A stretch of DNA of 64,000 bases, taken from positions 3,392,001 through 3,456,000 of the forward strand of contig OZ245006.1 in the NCBI GenBank assembly GCA_965223545.1, in the 5' to 3' direction. Below the pieces are notes generated by a model. That model saw only the letters and a list, made by a program, of their open reading frames with translations. It did no database searches and was not told the DNA's origin. The translations under genes and the position numbers were made by a program. Each line of letters opens with the position of its first letter. Positions within the stretch are counted from its first letter, which is position 1. Source of the DNA: Planctomycetota bacterium (GTDB lineage: Bacteria > Planctomycetota > UBA1135 > UBA2386). This document shows, in pieces, positions 9,901 to 19,181 of this stretch.

Positions 9901-10167
9901 GACCCACGCCTCGCTGTCCGTGCGAAAGCGAACCGAGACGGGGTCGAGGCCGACCGGTACGGCGCCGCGCGCCACCGGTAGACCCGAGTCGAGCGCGAAC
10001 AGCTCGACGCGATTGTCCGGCAAGTTGACCGCCGCCAGCGTCGCGCCGTCGGGACTGACGTCGATGGCGTGCAGGGGCGGGTTCTCCCAGTTCACGAAGG
10101 GCTGGGCCGCGACGGGAGCGGCCGCGAGGACCGCCAAAAGCAGGCGGAGGACGACGGGGTAGCGCAT
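6943..10167 (-). CDS. Secreted YVTN beta-propeller plus di-heme cytochrome c (peroxidase/MauG-like) protein
   Basis: Signal peptide; propeller repeats (VPVGLDPVSV, VEVGEGPVGV); two CxxCH (CASCH, CVQCH); DRDEDGYGD Ca-binding-like motif; C-terminal beta domain. Confidence 0.8.
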   Translation of the reverse strand: MRYPVVLRLLLAVLAAAPVAAQPFVNWENPPLHAIDVSPDGATLAAVNLPDNRVELFALDSGLPVARGAVPVGLDPVSVRFRTDSEAWVVNHVSDSISVVDTGVARVVATLHTADEPYDVVFAGTPQRAFVACSQANQVLVFDPATRALVATVDLPVEEPRALAVSADGSEVYAAVFRSSNATTLVGGGDRRNLIPNVAGGNAAGPLTGAPVFTEGPYGGTNPPPNTGGPTLAPPAVGSFVPPIKSEYLPGGANPAPPVGLIVRKNASGQWLDDNGGDWTRWISGERANASLRVVGWDMPDRDVAVIDAGTLAVRGFATGLMNAVMAIAVNPASGAVTVVGTDATNEIRFEPNINGTFVRVQLGVFDPADPAGATVVDLNAGHLDYSTPNVAQSERDRSIGDPRGIVWNGAGTRGYVTGMGSNNVIVVDPAGNRLGRVEVGEGPVGVAIDEGRQQLYVLDRFAATISVVGLAAPETLLATVPMFDPTPAAIRVGRRHLYDTHATSGLGQASCASCHIDAREDALAWDLGDPQGAMQAVLGTNVTAPQHVPKPGPNAHNLYATGFLPGYQDWHPMKGPMTTQTLQDIIGLEPFHHRGDKDGIEGFAGAYQSLQGDDGPLQAAEMQEFEDFLATVAYPPNPFRSFDNSLPTDLPLDGIVSTGRYALPAGAPLPNGNAERGFRLFTQTAPGATRCVQCHTLPTGMTTHMRWNGRRYVTIPKGPNGESHLALRPDDTTIHRGNKGQSWRNLYEKIGTDFTSQQSKTGFGYMNDGREDTVVRRAMARIFDFGSDQAVADFVALVLAFTGFGEDVNPNPENTANPPGPPSQDTHAAVGKQVTVSDGAAVPAFGQADAVAAMLALAGQRPGRTDVVVKGVVGGVPRGWFFDRLFGVFVGDVDGETVSPAALRATASASEPLTYTVVPRGGGLRIGVDRDEDGYGDRTEVVAGGDPANAQSRPNALHAAAEVNAATLTAGRLHTLTLDVAPGVAPPPLDAWVMLELPDGTLAYLQAGGGLSLSPVPFVANWTPVALRGVAFGLFLPETAPLGDYAWHVRLFRAGTLDLLALPSAAPFAVGVE

Positions 10168-10243
10168 GGGGCGACTCCGGGGGAGCTGGTCGGACTGCAC
10201 GATAGCGCCCCACGAGTCGCGGGCCGGTTCTCCACGGCCCGGC

Positions 10244-11341
10244 TCAGCCCTCGCCGTTGCCGCCGCGGCCGCGCCGACCCCGACCGCCGCGCCGGCGGCC
10301 GCCGCGCCGGCGGCGCTTCTTCTTGCCGACCTGCTCGGCGCTCGGGCGGTTGGGCGCGCGGCGGCCGGCACCGCCGCGACGTCCGCGGCGCTTGCGCCCG
10401 CCGCGCTTGCGGCGCGACGGCGCCGACTGCTCGTCGGCGCTCGGCAGCGACGGCTTGGCCATGGTCTCGGCCAGCGCCACCAGCTGCTCCTCCGTCTCGG
10501 GCTCGGGCAGCACCGCCGAGGCCGGCACCTCCTCTTCGCCACTCCAGGCGATGTCGAGCGCGACGGCGCTGGCAGCGCGGTAGAGCGGGGCGAACGCGGT
10601 CAGCACTTCCAGCGGCTCGGGCCACGAGCGCGGCGGGCCGACGGCACGGATCGCGCCGACGGCGACGTCCGGCGCCGCGATGTGGAAACCGAGCGAGGCG
10701 AGATCGCCGGCGACGTCGTACTCGTCCGGCTGCGGCGCCTCGATGAACTCCTCTTCGTCCTCTTCGGCCAGCGCGTCGGCACCGGCGCGATCGGTCGATG
10801 CCCGCGCGCTGCGGATCTCGCGCAGCTCGGCCAGCAGCTCCTCTTTGCTGCGGCCGCGCAGCTCGAACAGCAGGAACGGGTCGCGATCGAGCGCTTCGGC
10901 CAGGACGAACTGCGCCGCCGCGACGTGGCTGCACGGAAAGTCCGGCTCGTCACAAGTGCACTCGACCTCGACCTCGTGCCGGCGCTTGGGAAACAGCGAC
11001 GCGCGGCACTGCGCAAAGACGCGCTCGACGTCGCGCGGCATCTCGCCAGACAGTAGCTTGGCGGCGTAGAGCGCCTTGCGCGTCAGCCGGCGCAGCACGC
11101 GCTCCCAAACCACGGCCGACAGCGTGCGCAGCCGAATCTTGAGCTCGTAGACCTCGTCGTCCTCGCCGGGCACCACCGCCTGGATGCGCCCGGGTCCGAT
11201 CTTGAAGTCGCGCACTGCATCCGTCGTGCCCGGCGCCGCCGCGAGCGACCGCGACCAACCGCGACCCAGCCGGCGCAACGCCTGGATCCACCGCGAACCC
11301 CACCAGGTCTCGGTGAACGCCTGTCCCCGCGGACCGCTCAT
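10244..11341 (-). CDS. SWIM zinc-finger protein with Arg/Gly-rich C-tail
   Basis: TWWGSRW start, CTCDEPDFPCSH (CxC...CxH), DPFLLFELRG; coupled to SNF2 gene. Confidence 0.88.
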   Translation of the reverse strand: MSGPRGQAFTETWWGSRWIQALRRLGRGWSRSLAAAPGTTDAVRDFKIGPGRIQAVVPGEDDEVYELKIRLRTLSAVVWERVLRRLTRKALYAAKLLSGEMPRDVERVFAQCRASLFPKRRHEVEVECTCDEPDFPCSHVAAAQFVLAEALDRDPFLLFELRGRSKEELLAELREIRSARASTDRAGADALAEEDEEEFIEAPQPDEYDVAGDLASLGFHIAAPDVAVGAIRAVGPPRSWPEPLEVLTAFAPLYRAASAVALDIAWSGEEEVPASAVLPEPETEEQLVALAETMAKPSLPSADEQSAPSRRKRGGRKRRGRRGGAGRRAPNRPSAEQVGKKKRRRRGGRRRGGRGRRGRGGNGEG

Positions 11342-14300
11342 TCGTCGTCTCCTTCGCCGTCGTCCTCGACCGCGTCACTGGACAGCTCGACCAGGGCGCG
11401 CAGCTCGTCGTCGCGCAGCTCGCTGAGCCACTGCTCGCCATCGCCGTAGGCGATCTCCGCCAACCCCCGCTTCTCGTCCAGCATGTGCGCGATCTTCTCT
11501 TCCAACGTGCCGAGCGCGACCAGCTTGTGCACGTAGACCGTCTCGGTCTGGCCGATGCGGTGCGCGCGGTCGGTGGCCTGCGCCTCGACCGCCGGGTTCC
11601 ACCACTGGTCGTAGTGGAACACGTGCGTGGCGCGAGTCAGGTTGAGGCCGGTGCCGCCCGCCTTGAGCGACAGGATGAACACCGGCGGCGCGTCGGCGGC
11701 CTCCTGGAAGCGCTCCACCATGTCGTCGCGCGCCCGGGCGTTGAGACCGCCGTGCAAGAACGGCACCTCCCAACCGAACGCCGACTCCAGATGCGCGACC
11801 AGCAGCTTGCCCATCTCCACGTACTGAGTGAACACCAGCGCGCGGTCGCCCTGGCCGACGGCCTCCTCGAGCATCTCGGTGAGCCGCGCCAGCTTGCCGG
11901 AATCGGCAGCGCTGACGGTGCCCTTCTTCAGATAGTGCGCGGGGTGGTTGCACACCTGCTTGAGCGCGGTCAACAGCGCCAGCACCTTGCCGCGCCGCTG
12001 CATGCCGCTCTTGCCCTGGATGTCCTTCCAGGTATCCGCCACGGTCTTGCGGTACAGCTTGACCTGCTGCGCCGACAGACTGCACGCCACCGTCGCCTCG
12101 ACCTTGTCCGGCAGGTCCGGCGCGACGTTGGGATCGGTCTTCAACCGGCGCAGGACGAACGGCTCCACCAACCGGCGCAGGCGTTTGGCTGCGCGCGGGT
12201 CGCGGTAGCGCTCGATCGGGCGCGCGACCACGCGGCGGAACTCGGCCAACGGCCCCAGCAGGCCGCGGTTGCCCCAGTCGAGGATCGACCACAGATCGGC
12301 CAACCGGTTCTCCACGGGCGTGCCGGTGAGCGCCAGCTTGCGCTTGGCGTGCAGCCCGCGCAGCGCCTGGGTCTGCGCCGCGCTCGGGTTCTTGATGTTC
12401 TGCGCCTCGTCGATCACGATCCCCGCCCACTCCATCTCGCCGAGCAGCTCGGCGTCGAGCCGCGCGGTCGAGTAGGTGGTCATCACCAGCGCGCCGGCGG
12501 GGCAGTTCTCTTCGAACTCGTCCAGCGAGCGCGCCCGGTCGGGGCCGTGGTGGCGCCGCACCGGCAGCTTGGGCACGAACTTCTCCGCTTCGCGGCCCCA
12601 GTTGCCGAGCACCGACGTCGGGCAGACGAGCAGCGTCGGCCGCCACTCGTCCGGATCGGTCTCACGCAACCGCTGCAGCAGCGCCAGGGTCATCGGCGTC
12701 TTGCCCAAGCCCATCTCGTCGGCGAGCACCGCGCCGACACCCTGCTGTTGCATGTGCACCAACCAGCCGAGACCGACCTTTTGGTAGCCGCGCAACTCAC
12801 CGACGAACCCCTTGGGCTCTTCCATCGGCTGCGCGCGCTCGTGCAGCGCGTCGACCAGCTCTTTGAGCTCATCGACCGCGACCACCGGCACCTCCGGGGC
12901 ATTGGGCGCCACCGGTGCAGTGCCGCGCAAGGCGAAGGTCAGCGCCTCGGCGATCGAGCCGCGACCCTCGGGGATGCCGTGGATCACGCGCGTCAGCGTC
13001 GCCAAGTCACGCGGATCGATGCACACCCAGCGACCCTTCCACCGCTTCAGCGCTCCCTTGGAACGCACCAGCGACTGGAACTGCCGGCCGGAGAGGATCT
13101 CACCGTCGAGCACGATGTTGCAACGGAAGCCCGCCGGTGCATCCCAGGCGATGGCGTGGCCGTTGTCGGCGTCGCGCTGCACCTCGCCCGACACCTCGAG
13201 CTGTGCGTGCAGCCGCCGTTCGCCGCCGCGGTCGAACTCGCGCGGAATGCGCACCCCGTGCCCCATCAAGCCGAGCAACGGCGCCGACGACGACAAGAAC
13301 TGCCACGCTGCGCCGGGCCGTAGATTGACGTGCGTCGGCCGCGGCCGGCCGAGGCTGCGCTCGATCGGCGCGAAGGTGCGCGCCGCCTCGCCCAGCGCCC
13401 GCAGGATGGTGTCGTGCGGATTGCGCACCGTGCGCTGGAACATCCGCGCGTTCTCACTGCCCAGCGTCCACACCGAGGCGAGCGGCAACACCTGCGCCAA
13501 GTCGTCGGTCGACTGCAGCTCGTACTCGAGCCGCCACGGCTCGGTCTCCGGCGCCTCGTCGGCGGGACGGTTGAGCTCGAACAGCACGCGCACGGGCTGA
13601 GCACCGGCGCCGAGCGCGGCGTGCGACCAGCTCCACAGCTCGTCGGGCAAGTGCCGCTCGGGCAAGCCCTGCGGCTCGAACGACGGATCCCCACCGACCA
13701 GCGCCCCGAGCCACCGCTGCGCCCAGTCGGGGGCGTCGGCGGGAGCCCCCACCGCACGCACCCGCGCCATCGCCTGGCGCATCAGGGTGTCGGCACACGA
13801 ATCCAAGAACTCGCGCAGCACCGCCGCCGCCGGCGCGAACTTCGGCCCTTCGTCGACCGCCTCTTCGTCCTCGACCGCACCATTGGTCCGCGCCTTGCCG
13901 TTGGACCGCGCCGAGTTGCGCCCACCGGCGTCTTCTTCTTCGTCGTCGTCGTCGTCGACTTCGACTTCGTCGTCGTCGTCGTCATCGTCGTAGTCGGCGT
14001 CGTAGTCCTCGTCGTCCCAGTCGTCGCCGTCATCGTCTTCTTCTTCGGCCTCGTCCTCGCCCTCATGAGGCCAGGCGTGCGCGCACGCGGGCATCGCTCG
14101 CGACAACAACCGGAACCGCTCGCGGTCCTCGTCTTGCGCAAGCACGACCGCCCACGTCGCGGCGCACGGCTCGCCCTCGTCGCCGCCGTCGATCGTCGGC
14201 AAGAAACGGCCGGCAGCGACCAGCTCGAGCGCGAACTTGGCGGCGTAGCTCCAGGCGGCGATCGCATCGCTCGGACTCGCCGAGCGGTGCGAGCGACCAT

Positions 14301-14601
14301 TGCCCCCCTCGACCCGCGACAGCAGCGACAAGCCGATGGTCAAGGGCATCGCGCAGGCATCGACGGACTGCAGCTGCCACAACGAGACCCCTTCTTCGGG
14401 CTCGTCGACCGGCACCACGACCTCGATGCGCCGCGCCTCGAGCTTGGGCAGCCCGGCACCTACCCAGGCGCGCAACGCCGCTTCGGCGTCGCCCTCCGGG
14501 CTCCAGAACACGAACTCTCCGGCTCCGCGACGCTCGCCGTCGGGGCGGAACAGACAACGCACTGAGCGAATGCTCGGCGGTTTCTTGGTTTTTGCGGCCA
14601 A
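11338..14601 (-). CDS. SNF2-family (SF2) helicase/ATPase
   Basis: LADEMGLGKT, DEAQNIKN, LTGTPVEN, SGKL, LKAGGTGLNL, WWNPAVEAQATDRAHRIGQ; TTG start at 14601 is a guess. Confidence 0.93.
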   Translation of the reverse strand: MAAKTKKPPSIRSVRCLFRPDGERRGAGEFVFWSPEGDAEAALRAWVGAGLPKLEARRIEVVVPVDEPEEGVSLWQLQSVDACAMPLTIGLSLLSRVEGGNGRSHRSASPSDAIAAWSYAAKFALELVAAGRFLPTIDGGDEGEPCAATWAVVLAQDEDRERFRLLSRAMPACAHAWPHEGEDEAEEEDDDGDDWDDEDYDADYDDDDDDDEVEVDDDDDEEEDAGGRNSARSNGKARTNGAVEDEEAVDEGPKFAPAAAVLREFLDSCADTLMRQAMARVRAVGAPADAPDWAQRWLGALVGGDPSFEPQGLPERHLPDELWSWSHAALGAGAQPVRVLFELNRPADEAPETEPWRLEYELQSTDDLAQVLPLASVWTLGSENARMFQRTVRNPHDTILRALGEAARTFAPIERSLGRPRPTHVNLRPGAAWQFLSSSAPLLGLMGHGVRIPREFDRGGERRLHAQLEVSGEVQRDADNGHAIAWDAPAGFRCNIVLDGEILSGRQFQSLVRSKGALKRWKGRWVCIDPRDLATLTRVIHGIPEGRGSIAEALTFALRGTAPVAPNAPEVPVVAVDELKELVDALHERAQPMEEPKGFVGELRGYQKVGLGWLVHMQQQGVGAVLADEMGLGKTPMTLALLQRLRETDPDEWRPTLLVCPTSVLGNWGREAEKFVPKLPVRRHHGPDRARSLDEFEENCPAGALVMTTYSTARLDAELLGEMEWAGIVIDEAQNIKNPSAAQTQALRGLHAKRKLALTGTPVENRLADLWSILDWGNRGLLGPLAEFRRVVARPIERYRDPRAAKRLRRLVEPFVLRRLKTDPNVAPDLPDKVEATVACSLSAQQVKLYRKTVADTWKDIQGKSGMQRRGKVLALLTALKQVCNHPAHYLKKGTVSAADSGKLARLTEMLEEAVGQGDRALVFTQYVEMGKLLVAHLESAFGWEVPFLHGGLNARARDDMVERFQEAADAPPVFILSLKAGGTGLNLTRATHVFHYDQWWNPAVEAQATDRAHRIGQTETVYVHKLVALGTLEEKIAHMLDEKRGLAEIAYGDGEQWLSELRDDELRALVELSSDAVEDDGEGDDE

Positions 14602-14894
14602 GGGATGGACGGACGTCGACTGCGCGACGGGTTTCGCGGTGGCTTCGAGCGACCACGGTGACACGCCCCGGCCGAAGTGGGATGGCTTCCCGTTCCTCCA
14701 GGGTGCCACGGCAATGGCCGCGACGATCGCCGGGCTGGCTGCAGCGGCGTCTCGCGCCGTGCCCGCTGGCGATCCCGGCGAAGGTCGAACCAGCGTCGCC
14801 GCCCACTCTAGCGGCAGTCCGGCGCGGCGCCAATGGCCTTGCAAGGCGATTCTCGCCCGGTCGACCCGCCGGGCCGAACGCCCGCCCGAACGCT

Positions 14895-15455
14895 CTACGA
14901 CGGCTCGGAGAGGTGATCGAGCACGAGCTGCACGCGGCGCTCGATCGCCTGCTCGGGCACGCGGACCGGGGAATAGCCCAGCTCCCGATACACGGCCTCC
15001 AGACAATCCCGCAGCGCGATCGAAGTCGCCGCGTCACTGGTCCTGCCGGTGGCGCGGCGCACGTGCGCGGCGGACAGTGTGTCGAGCACGAACACCCGGT
15101 CGTAGCGCTGCGCGTCGATCGCCGCCGCCAATCCGGCCGGCGCCGGCACGCCGAAGTGCCGGCAGTACGCCAGGCCGTCGACCCGACTGCGATCCAGGAA
15201 CAGGACCGCGGGCGCGCGGCGCAACGCCGCCTCCTCGAGCTCGATCTGACGCCGCAGAACGCGTTCTTGGAACGCCACGCGGTGCCCCTGCCGCCACTGC
15301 CGCTGGCCCTCGACACCGAGCTCGGCGTTGAGCTCCTCGATGACCTGGATGCCGGCCTCGGGCACCGCGTCGTAGCCGCGCGCCACCAGCGCCTCGACCA
15401 GCGTGGTCTTGCCGGAGAACGGTCCGCCGGTGATGACAGCGAGCTGCGTGCGCAC
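14895..15455 (-). CDS. P-loop ATPase/kinase (NadR/AAA_28-like)
   Basis: VITGGPFSGKTT, VPEAG, FLDRSRVD, YDRVFVL. Confidence 0.85.
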   Translation of the reverse strand: MRTQLAVITGGPFSGKTTLVEALVARGYDAVPEAGIQVIEELNAELGVEGQRQWRQGHRVAFQERVLRRQIELEEAALRRAPAVLFLDRSRVDGLAYCRHFGVPAPAGLAAAIDAQRYDRVFVLDTLSAAHVRRATGRTSDAATSIALRDCLEAVYRELGYSPVRVPEQAIERRVQLVLDHLSEPS

Positions 15456-15521
15456 GCGGGGATCTTATCGGGTCGCGCGGAAAGGCTTGGCAGCACGCCG
15501 AAAACCGGCTACGCCCGGGAT

Positions 15522-15884
15522 GTGCCCACTTCCAGCTACGACGACACCAACGTCTTCGCCAAGATCCTGCGCGGCGAGATCCCGGCCGACGTGGTCTTCG
15601 AGGACGACGTCTGCCTGGCGTTTCGCGACGTCTCGCCGCAGGCACCCAGTCACGTCCTGGTGATCCCGAAGGCGCCGATCGCCAAGCTGGCGGACGCGAC
15701 TGCCGATGACAAGGCGGTTCTCGGCCACCTGCTCTGGGCCACCGGCGAAGTCGCGCGCCGGCTCGGCATCGATGAGAGCGGCTTTCGCGTCGTGATCAAC
15801 AACGGCGCGGGCGCCAACCAGACCGTGTTCCACCTCCACCTGCACGTTCTGGGCGGGCGTAACTTCCGCTGGCCACCGGGCTAG
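15522..15884 (+). CDS. Histidine triad (HIT/HinT-like) nucleotide-binding protein
   Basis: FAKILRGEIP, AFRDVSPQAPSHVLVIPK, QTVFHLHLHVLGGR, WPPG end. Confidence 0.95.
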   Translation: MPTSSYDDTNVFAKILRGEIPADVVFEDDVCLAFRDVSPQAPSHVLVIPKAPIAKLADATADDKAVLGHLLWATGEVARRLGIDESGFRVVINNGAGANQTVFHLHLHVLGGRNFRWPPG

Positions 15885-15935
15885 AACGACAGAGAAGGCG
15901 TATGGTCGTGCATCTGCCGCGCGCGGCAGCGCCTT

Positions 15936-17384
15936 GTGAACATGGAAATCGGTCAGCTCCTGATCGGCGGTGAGTGGCGCGACGCCGCGTCGGGCACGAC
16001 CTACTGCACGATCGACCCCGCCGACGAGCAGACCAGCGCGACCTGTGCGGTGGCCGATGCCGCCGACGTCGACGCGGCAGTCGGCGCCGCGCGCGCGGCG
16101 TTCGACGGCTGGGCGTCGACGCCGCCCGAGCGGCGCGCGGCGGCACTCGACGCACTGGCGGCGGCGCTGGAGGCGCGCGCCGACGAAGTCGCCAAACTCG
16201 AGGTGCGCAACACCGGCAAGACGTGGTTCGACGCGCGCCGCGTCGAGGTACCGCTCGCCGCGCGCGTGCTGCGCTACTACGCCGGCTTGGCGACGCAGAT
16301 CACCGGCGACACGATTCCAGTGGCCGGCGAGGCGTTTGCCTTCACCACGCGCGAGCCGGTCGGCGTGGTCGCCGCCATCGTGCCGTGGAACTTCCCGCTG
16401 CTGCTCGCGATCTGGAAGATCGCGCCCGCCCTGGCCGCCGGCTGCACGGTAGTCGCCAAGCCGGCGAGCCTGACGCCACTCAGCCTGCTCGCGCTCGGTC
16501 GGCTGGCGCTCGACACCGGTCTGCCAGCCGGCGTCCTCAACATCGTTACCGGGCCGGGCGACGCGGTCGGCGGCGCGCTGGTGCGCCACGCCGGCGTCGA
16601 CAAGGTGGCGTTCACCGGCTCGACCGCGGTCGGGCGCTCGGTGGCGCGCGATGCAGGTGACACGCTCAAGCACGTGTCGTTGGAGCTCGGCGGCAAGTCG
16701 CCCAACCTGGTGTTCGCCGATGCCGACCGGACGGCCGCGGTCCGCGGCGCGCTCACCGGAATCTTCTACAACAAGGGCGAGGTGTGCGCCGCCGGCTCGC
16801 GACTTCTCGTGCAACGCTCGATCCACGCCGAGTTCGTCGAACAACTGCGCACTGCCGTCGACAAGTTCGTCGTTGGCCACCCGATGCAGCCCGGAGTGCG
16901 CGTCGGACCGGTGATCAGTGCCCAACAACGCGACACCGTGCTCGGCTACATCGCCCGTGGCATCGACGAGGGCGCCCGGCTGGTCACCGGCGGCGCGCGC
17001 GTCCGCGTCGGCGACGGCAAGGGACACTTCATCGCGCCCACGATCTTTGACGACGTCAAGAACGGCATGACCATTGCCCGCGAAGAGATCTTCGGGCCGG
17101 TGTTGAGCGTGATCCCGTTCGACGACGTCGACGACGCCGTCGCGATCGCCAACGACACCGAGTACGGGCTGGCCGCCGGGGTGTGGACCAAAGACCTCGG
17201 CCGCGCGCTGCGCACCGCGCGGCGGTTGCGGGCCGGCACGGTCTGGGTCAACACCTACAATGTCTACGATCCCGCCGTGCCGTTCGGCGGGTTCAAGAGC
17301 AGCGGCATCGGCCGCGAACTGGGGATCGAGGCCATCTCGAGCTACGTGGAGACCAAGTCGACATGGGTGAACCTGGACCGCTGA
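15936..17384 (+). CDS. NAD-dependent aldehyde dehydrogenase
   Basis: IVPWNFP, FTGST, LELGGKSP, GEVCAAGSR, EEIFGPV, PFGGFKSSG. Confidence 0.96.
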   Translation: MNMEIGQLLIGGEWRDAASGTTYCTIDPADEQTSATCAVADAADVDAAVGAARAAFDGWASTPPERRAAALDALAAALEARADEVAKLEVRNTGKTWFDARRVEVPLAARVLRYYAGLATQITGDTIPVAGEAFAFTTREPVGVVAAIVPWNFPLLLAIWKIAPALAAGCTVVAKPASLTPLSLLALGRLALDTGLPAGVLNIVTGPGDAVGGALVRHAGVDKVAFTGSTAVGRSVARDAGDTLKHVSLELGGKSPNLVFADADRTAAVRGALTGIFYNKGEVCAAGSRLLVQRSIHAEFVEQLRTAVDKFVVGHPMQPGVRVGPVISAQQRDTVLGYIARGIDEGARLVTGGARVRVGDGKGHFIAPTIFDDVKNGMTIAREEIFGPVLSVIPFDDVDDAVAIANDTEYGLAAGVWTKDLGRALRTARRLRAGTVWVNTYNVYDPAVPFGGFKSSGIGRELGIEAISSYVETKSTWVNLDR

Positions 17385-19156
17385 AGCAGCAACTCGACGA
17401 GCCGGACGTGTTCTTCCTGCCGCTGTCGGTGCCCGAGCTCGACGCGTTCGACGACCTCGACGCCGGCGTGCTGTCCCGCCGCTTGCCGCACTTCCTGCAC
17501 CTCCTGCTCAACGAGGGCGACCAGGCGCCGACCGGGCTGCTCGAGGTGCAATCGCCGCCCGACGAGGGCCCGGTGCACTGGGTCACGCTGGAGGAGCCGA
17601 TCGACCCCGACGAGGCGTTGCAGCTGCTGCCCGACGCCGATACGGTGCGCGCGCTGGTCACCGGCGTGCTCGGCCGTGAGGGCGACGCACTCAGCGTGAC
17701 CCTGTGGGTGCACCGCAACGGCGAGGACACCCAGTGCGTCGAGGGCCGGCTGTCGACCGGCGCGCCGATGGCGGGACTGCGGCGGCTGACGGTGCGATTG
17801 GCGCGCGCGCTCGAGCTGACCCCCTTCTGGCCCGAGGCGGGGCTACTGACCGAGCGCGGCGACGCGTTCATGGCGTTCTTGCAGGGGCTAGACGGAGCCG
17901 CCCTGCTCAACGGCCACCTCGACATCGACGAAGTCCTCGATCCGCGCCTCAGCTTGGCGCCGTTCGCCGGCGCGCTCGAGCTGGACCACGGCTTCGGGCT
18001 GGCGCTGCGCACCGCGCACATCAGCATGGCCAACGCGCTGGAGAGCGGGCGCATGACCACCGCGGCATCGGTGGCGACGCTGGACGCGTGCTTCGCCTCG
18101 CTGCCGGCCGATGGGGATGGCTGCGTCGCGGTCGCCGAGCACCTGGCGGTGTTGGGCGACGAGGACCGCGCGCGCGCCTGGCTGGAGCACGCCACGAGCC
18201 TCTCGCCGGTGCCGGTGCGCGCGCTCGAGAGCTTGGGCATCCTGCTCGCCAACCAGGGCGACACCGCCCGGGCGCAAGAGCTGTGGCGGCGCGGGCTGGA
18301 GCTCGACGGGCACCCCGACTTCTTGGCCCATTTGGCGCGGCTGGCGTTCAGCGAAGGCGCGACGCACGATGGCTGGGATCGCGCGCTGCGCGGCCTGCGC
18401 CGCATGTGCGAGCGCGCGATACGCCCCGGCGAGTGGGACGACGACGGCCGCGGCGCCGGTCTGCTGCTGCGCTACCTGGTCGAGCACCTCGACGACGAGA
18501 AGCCGCCGGAGGAGCTGGGTGACCTGCTGCTCGATCTGGTCGACGCGCTGCAGACGCCGTCCGACCGCATCGAGCTCGGCCGCTGTCTGCTGGCGGTCGG
18601 CGCCACCGACGCGGCGCGCAGCGAGCTGCTCGCCGGGCTCGCGCAGACCGACGACCCCCGCCTGCGCGACGTCGTCGCCCGTGCGCTGCTCGCGATCGAC
18701 ATTCCCGACTTCGACCGCCGCTTCGCCGCTGCGGTCGACGTCGCCGCGCACGGCGACGACCCCGGGCTCGCGGTCGAAGAGCTGGCCGCGATGCTCGACT
18801 ACCAGGCCTCGTTCTGGCCGGCGCTGTTCTTCATGGGCGTCGCCGAGCGCCGCCGCGGCAACACCGACCGCGCCCTCGACCTGATGGCCGACGTGCTCGC
18901 GCTGCGCCCCGGCCAACCCGACGCGCTGGGCGAGATGGCCGACCTGTTCGCCGCGCGCGGCAACCCCAAGCGCGCGCTCGAGTGCATCGACGACGCACTG
19001 GCAGCGGATGGCGAGGACGCGCAGATGCTGGGTTCGCGGGCGCGCTACCTGGCGGCGCTCGGGCGGCGGCGGGATGCGCGCGAGGCGGTCGACCGCGCGC
19101 TCGCGGTCGATCCCGACCAGGCGGAGCTGTTGGAGCTGAAGCGGCGGCTGGGGTAG
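17363..19156 (+). CDS. Tetratricopeptide-repeat protein
   Basis: Multiple TPR-like helices (e.g. AREAVDRALAVDP); start uncertain. Confidence 0.72.
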   Translation: MGEPGPLKQQLDEPDVFFLPLSVPELDAFDDLDAGVLSRRLPHFLHLLLNEGDQAPTGLLEVQSPPDEGPVHWVTLEEPIDPDEALQLLPDADTVRALVTGVLGREGDALSVTLWVHRNGEDTQCVEGRLSTGAPMAGLRRLTVRLARALELTPFWPEAGLLTERGDAFMAFLQGLDGAALLNGHLDIDEVLDPRLSLAPFAGALELDHGFGLALRTAHISMANALESGRMTTAASVATLDACFASLPADGDGCVAVAEHLAVLGDEDRARAWLEHATSLSPVPVRALESLGILLANQGDTARAQELWRRGLELDGHPDFLAHLARLAFSEGATHDGWDRALRGLRRMCERAIRPGEWDDDGRGAGLLLRYLVEHLDDEKPPEELGDLLLDLVDALQTPSDRIELGRCLLAVGATDAARSELLAGLAQTDDPRLRDVVARALLAIDIPDFDRRFAAAVDVAAHGDDPGLAVEELAAMLDYQASFWPALFFMGVAERRRGNTDRALDLMADVLALRPGQPDALGEMADLFAARGNPKRALECIDDALAADGEDAQMLGSRARYLAALGRRRDAREAVDRALAVDPDQAELLELKRRLG

Positions 19157-19181
19157 GCCAGGGCCAACGAAACGAGGAGGC

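Noticed and set aside
13931..14064. (TCG/TCT)n tandem repeat or array
   Set aside because: Codon repetition of an Asp/Glu tract within the SNF2 CDS, not an independent repeat or CRISPR
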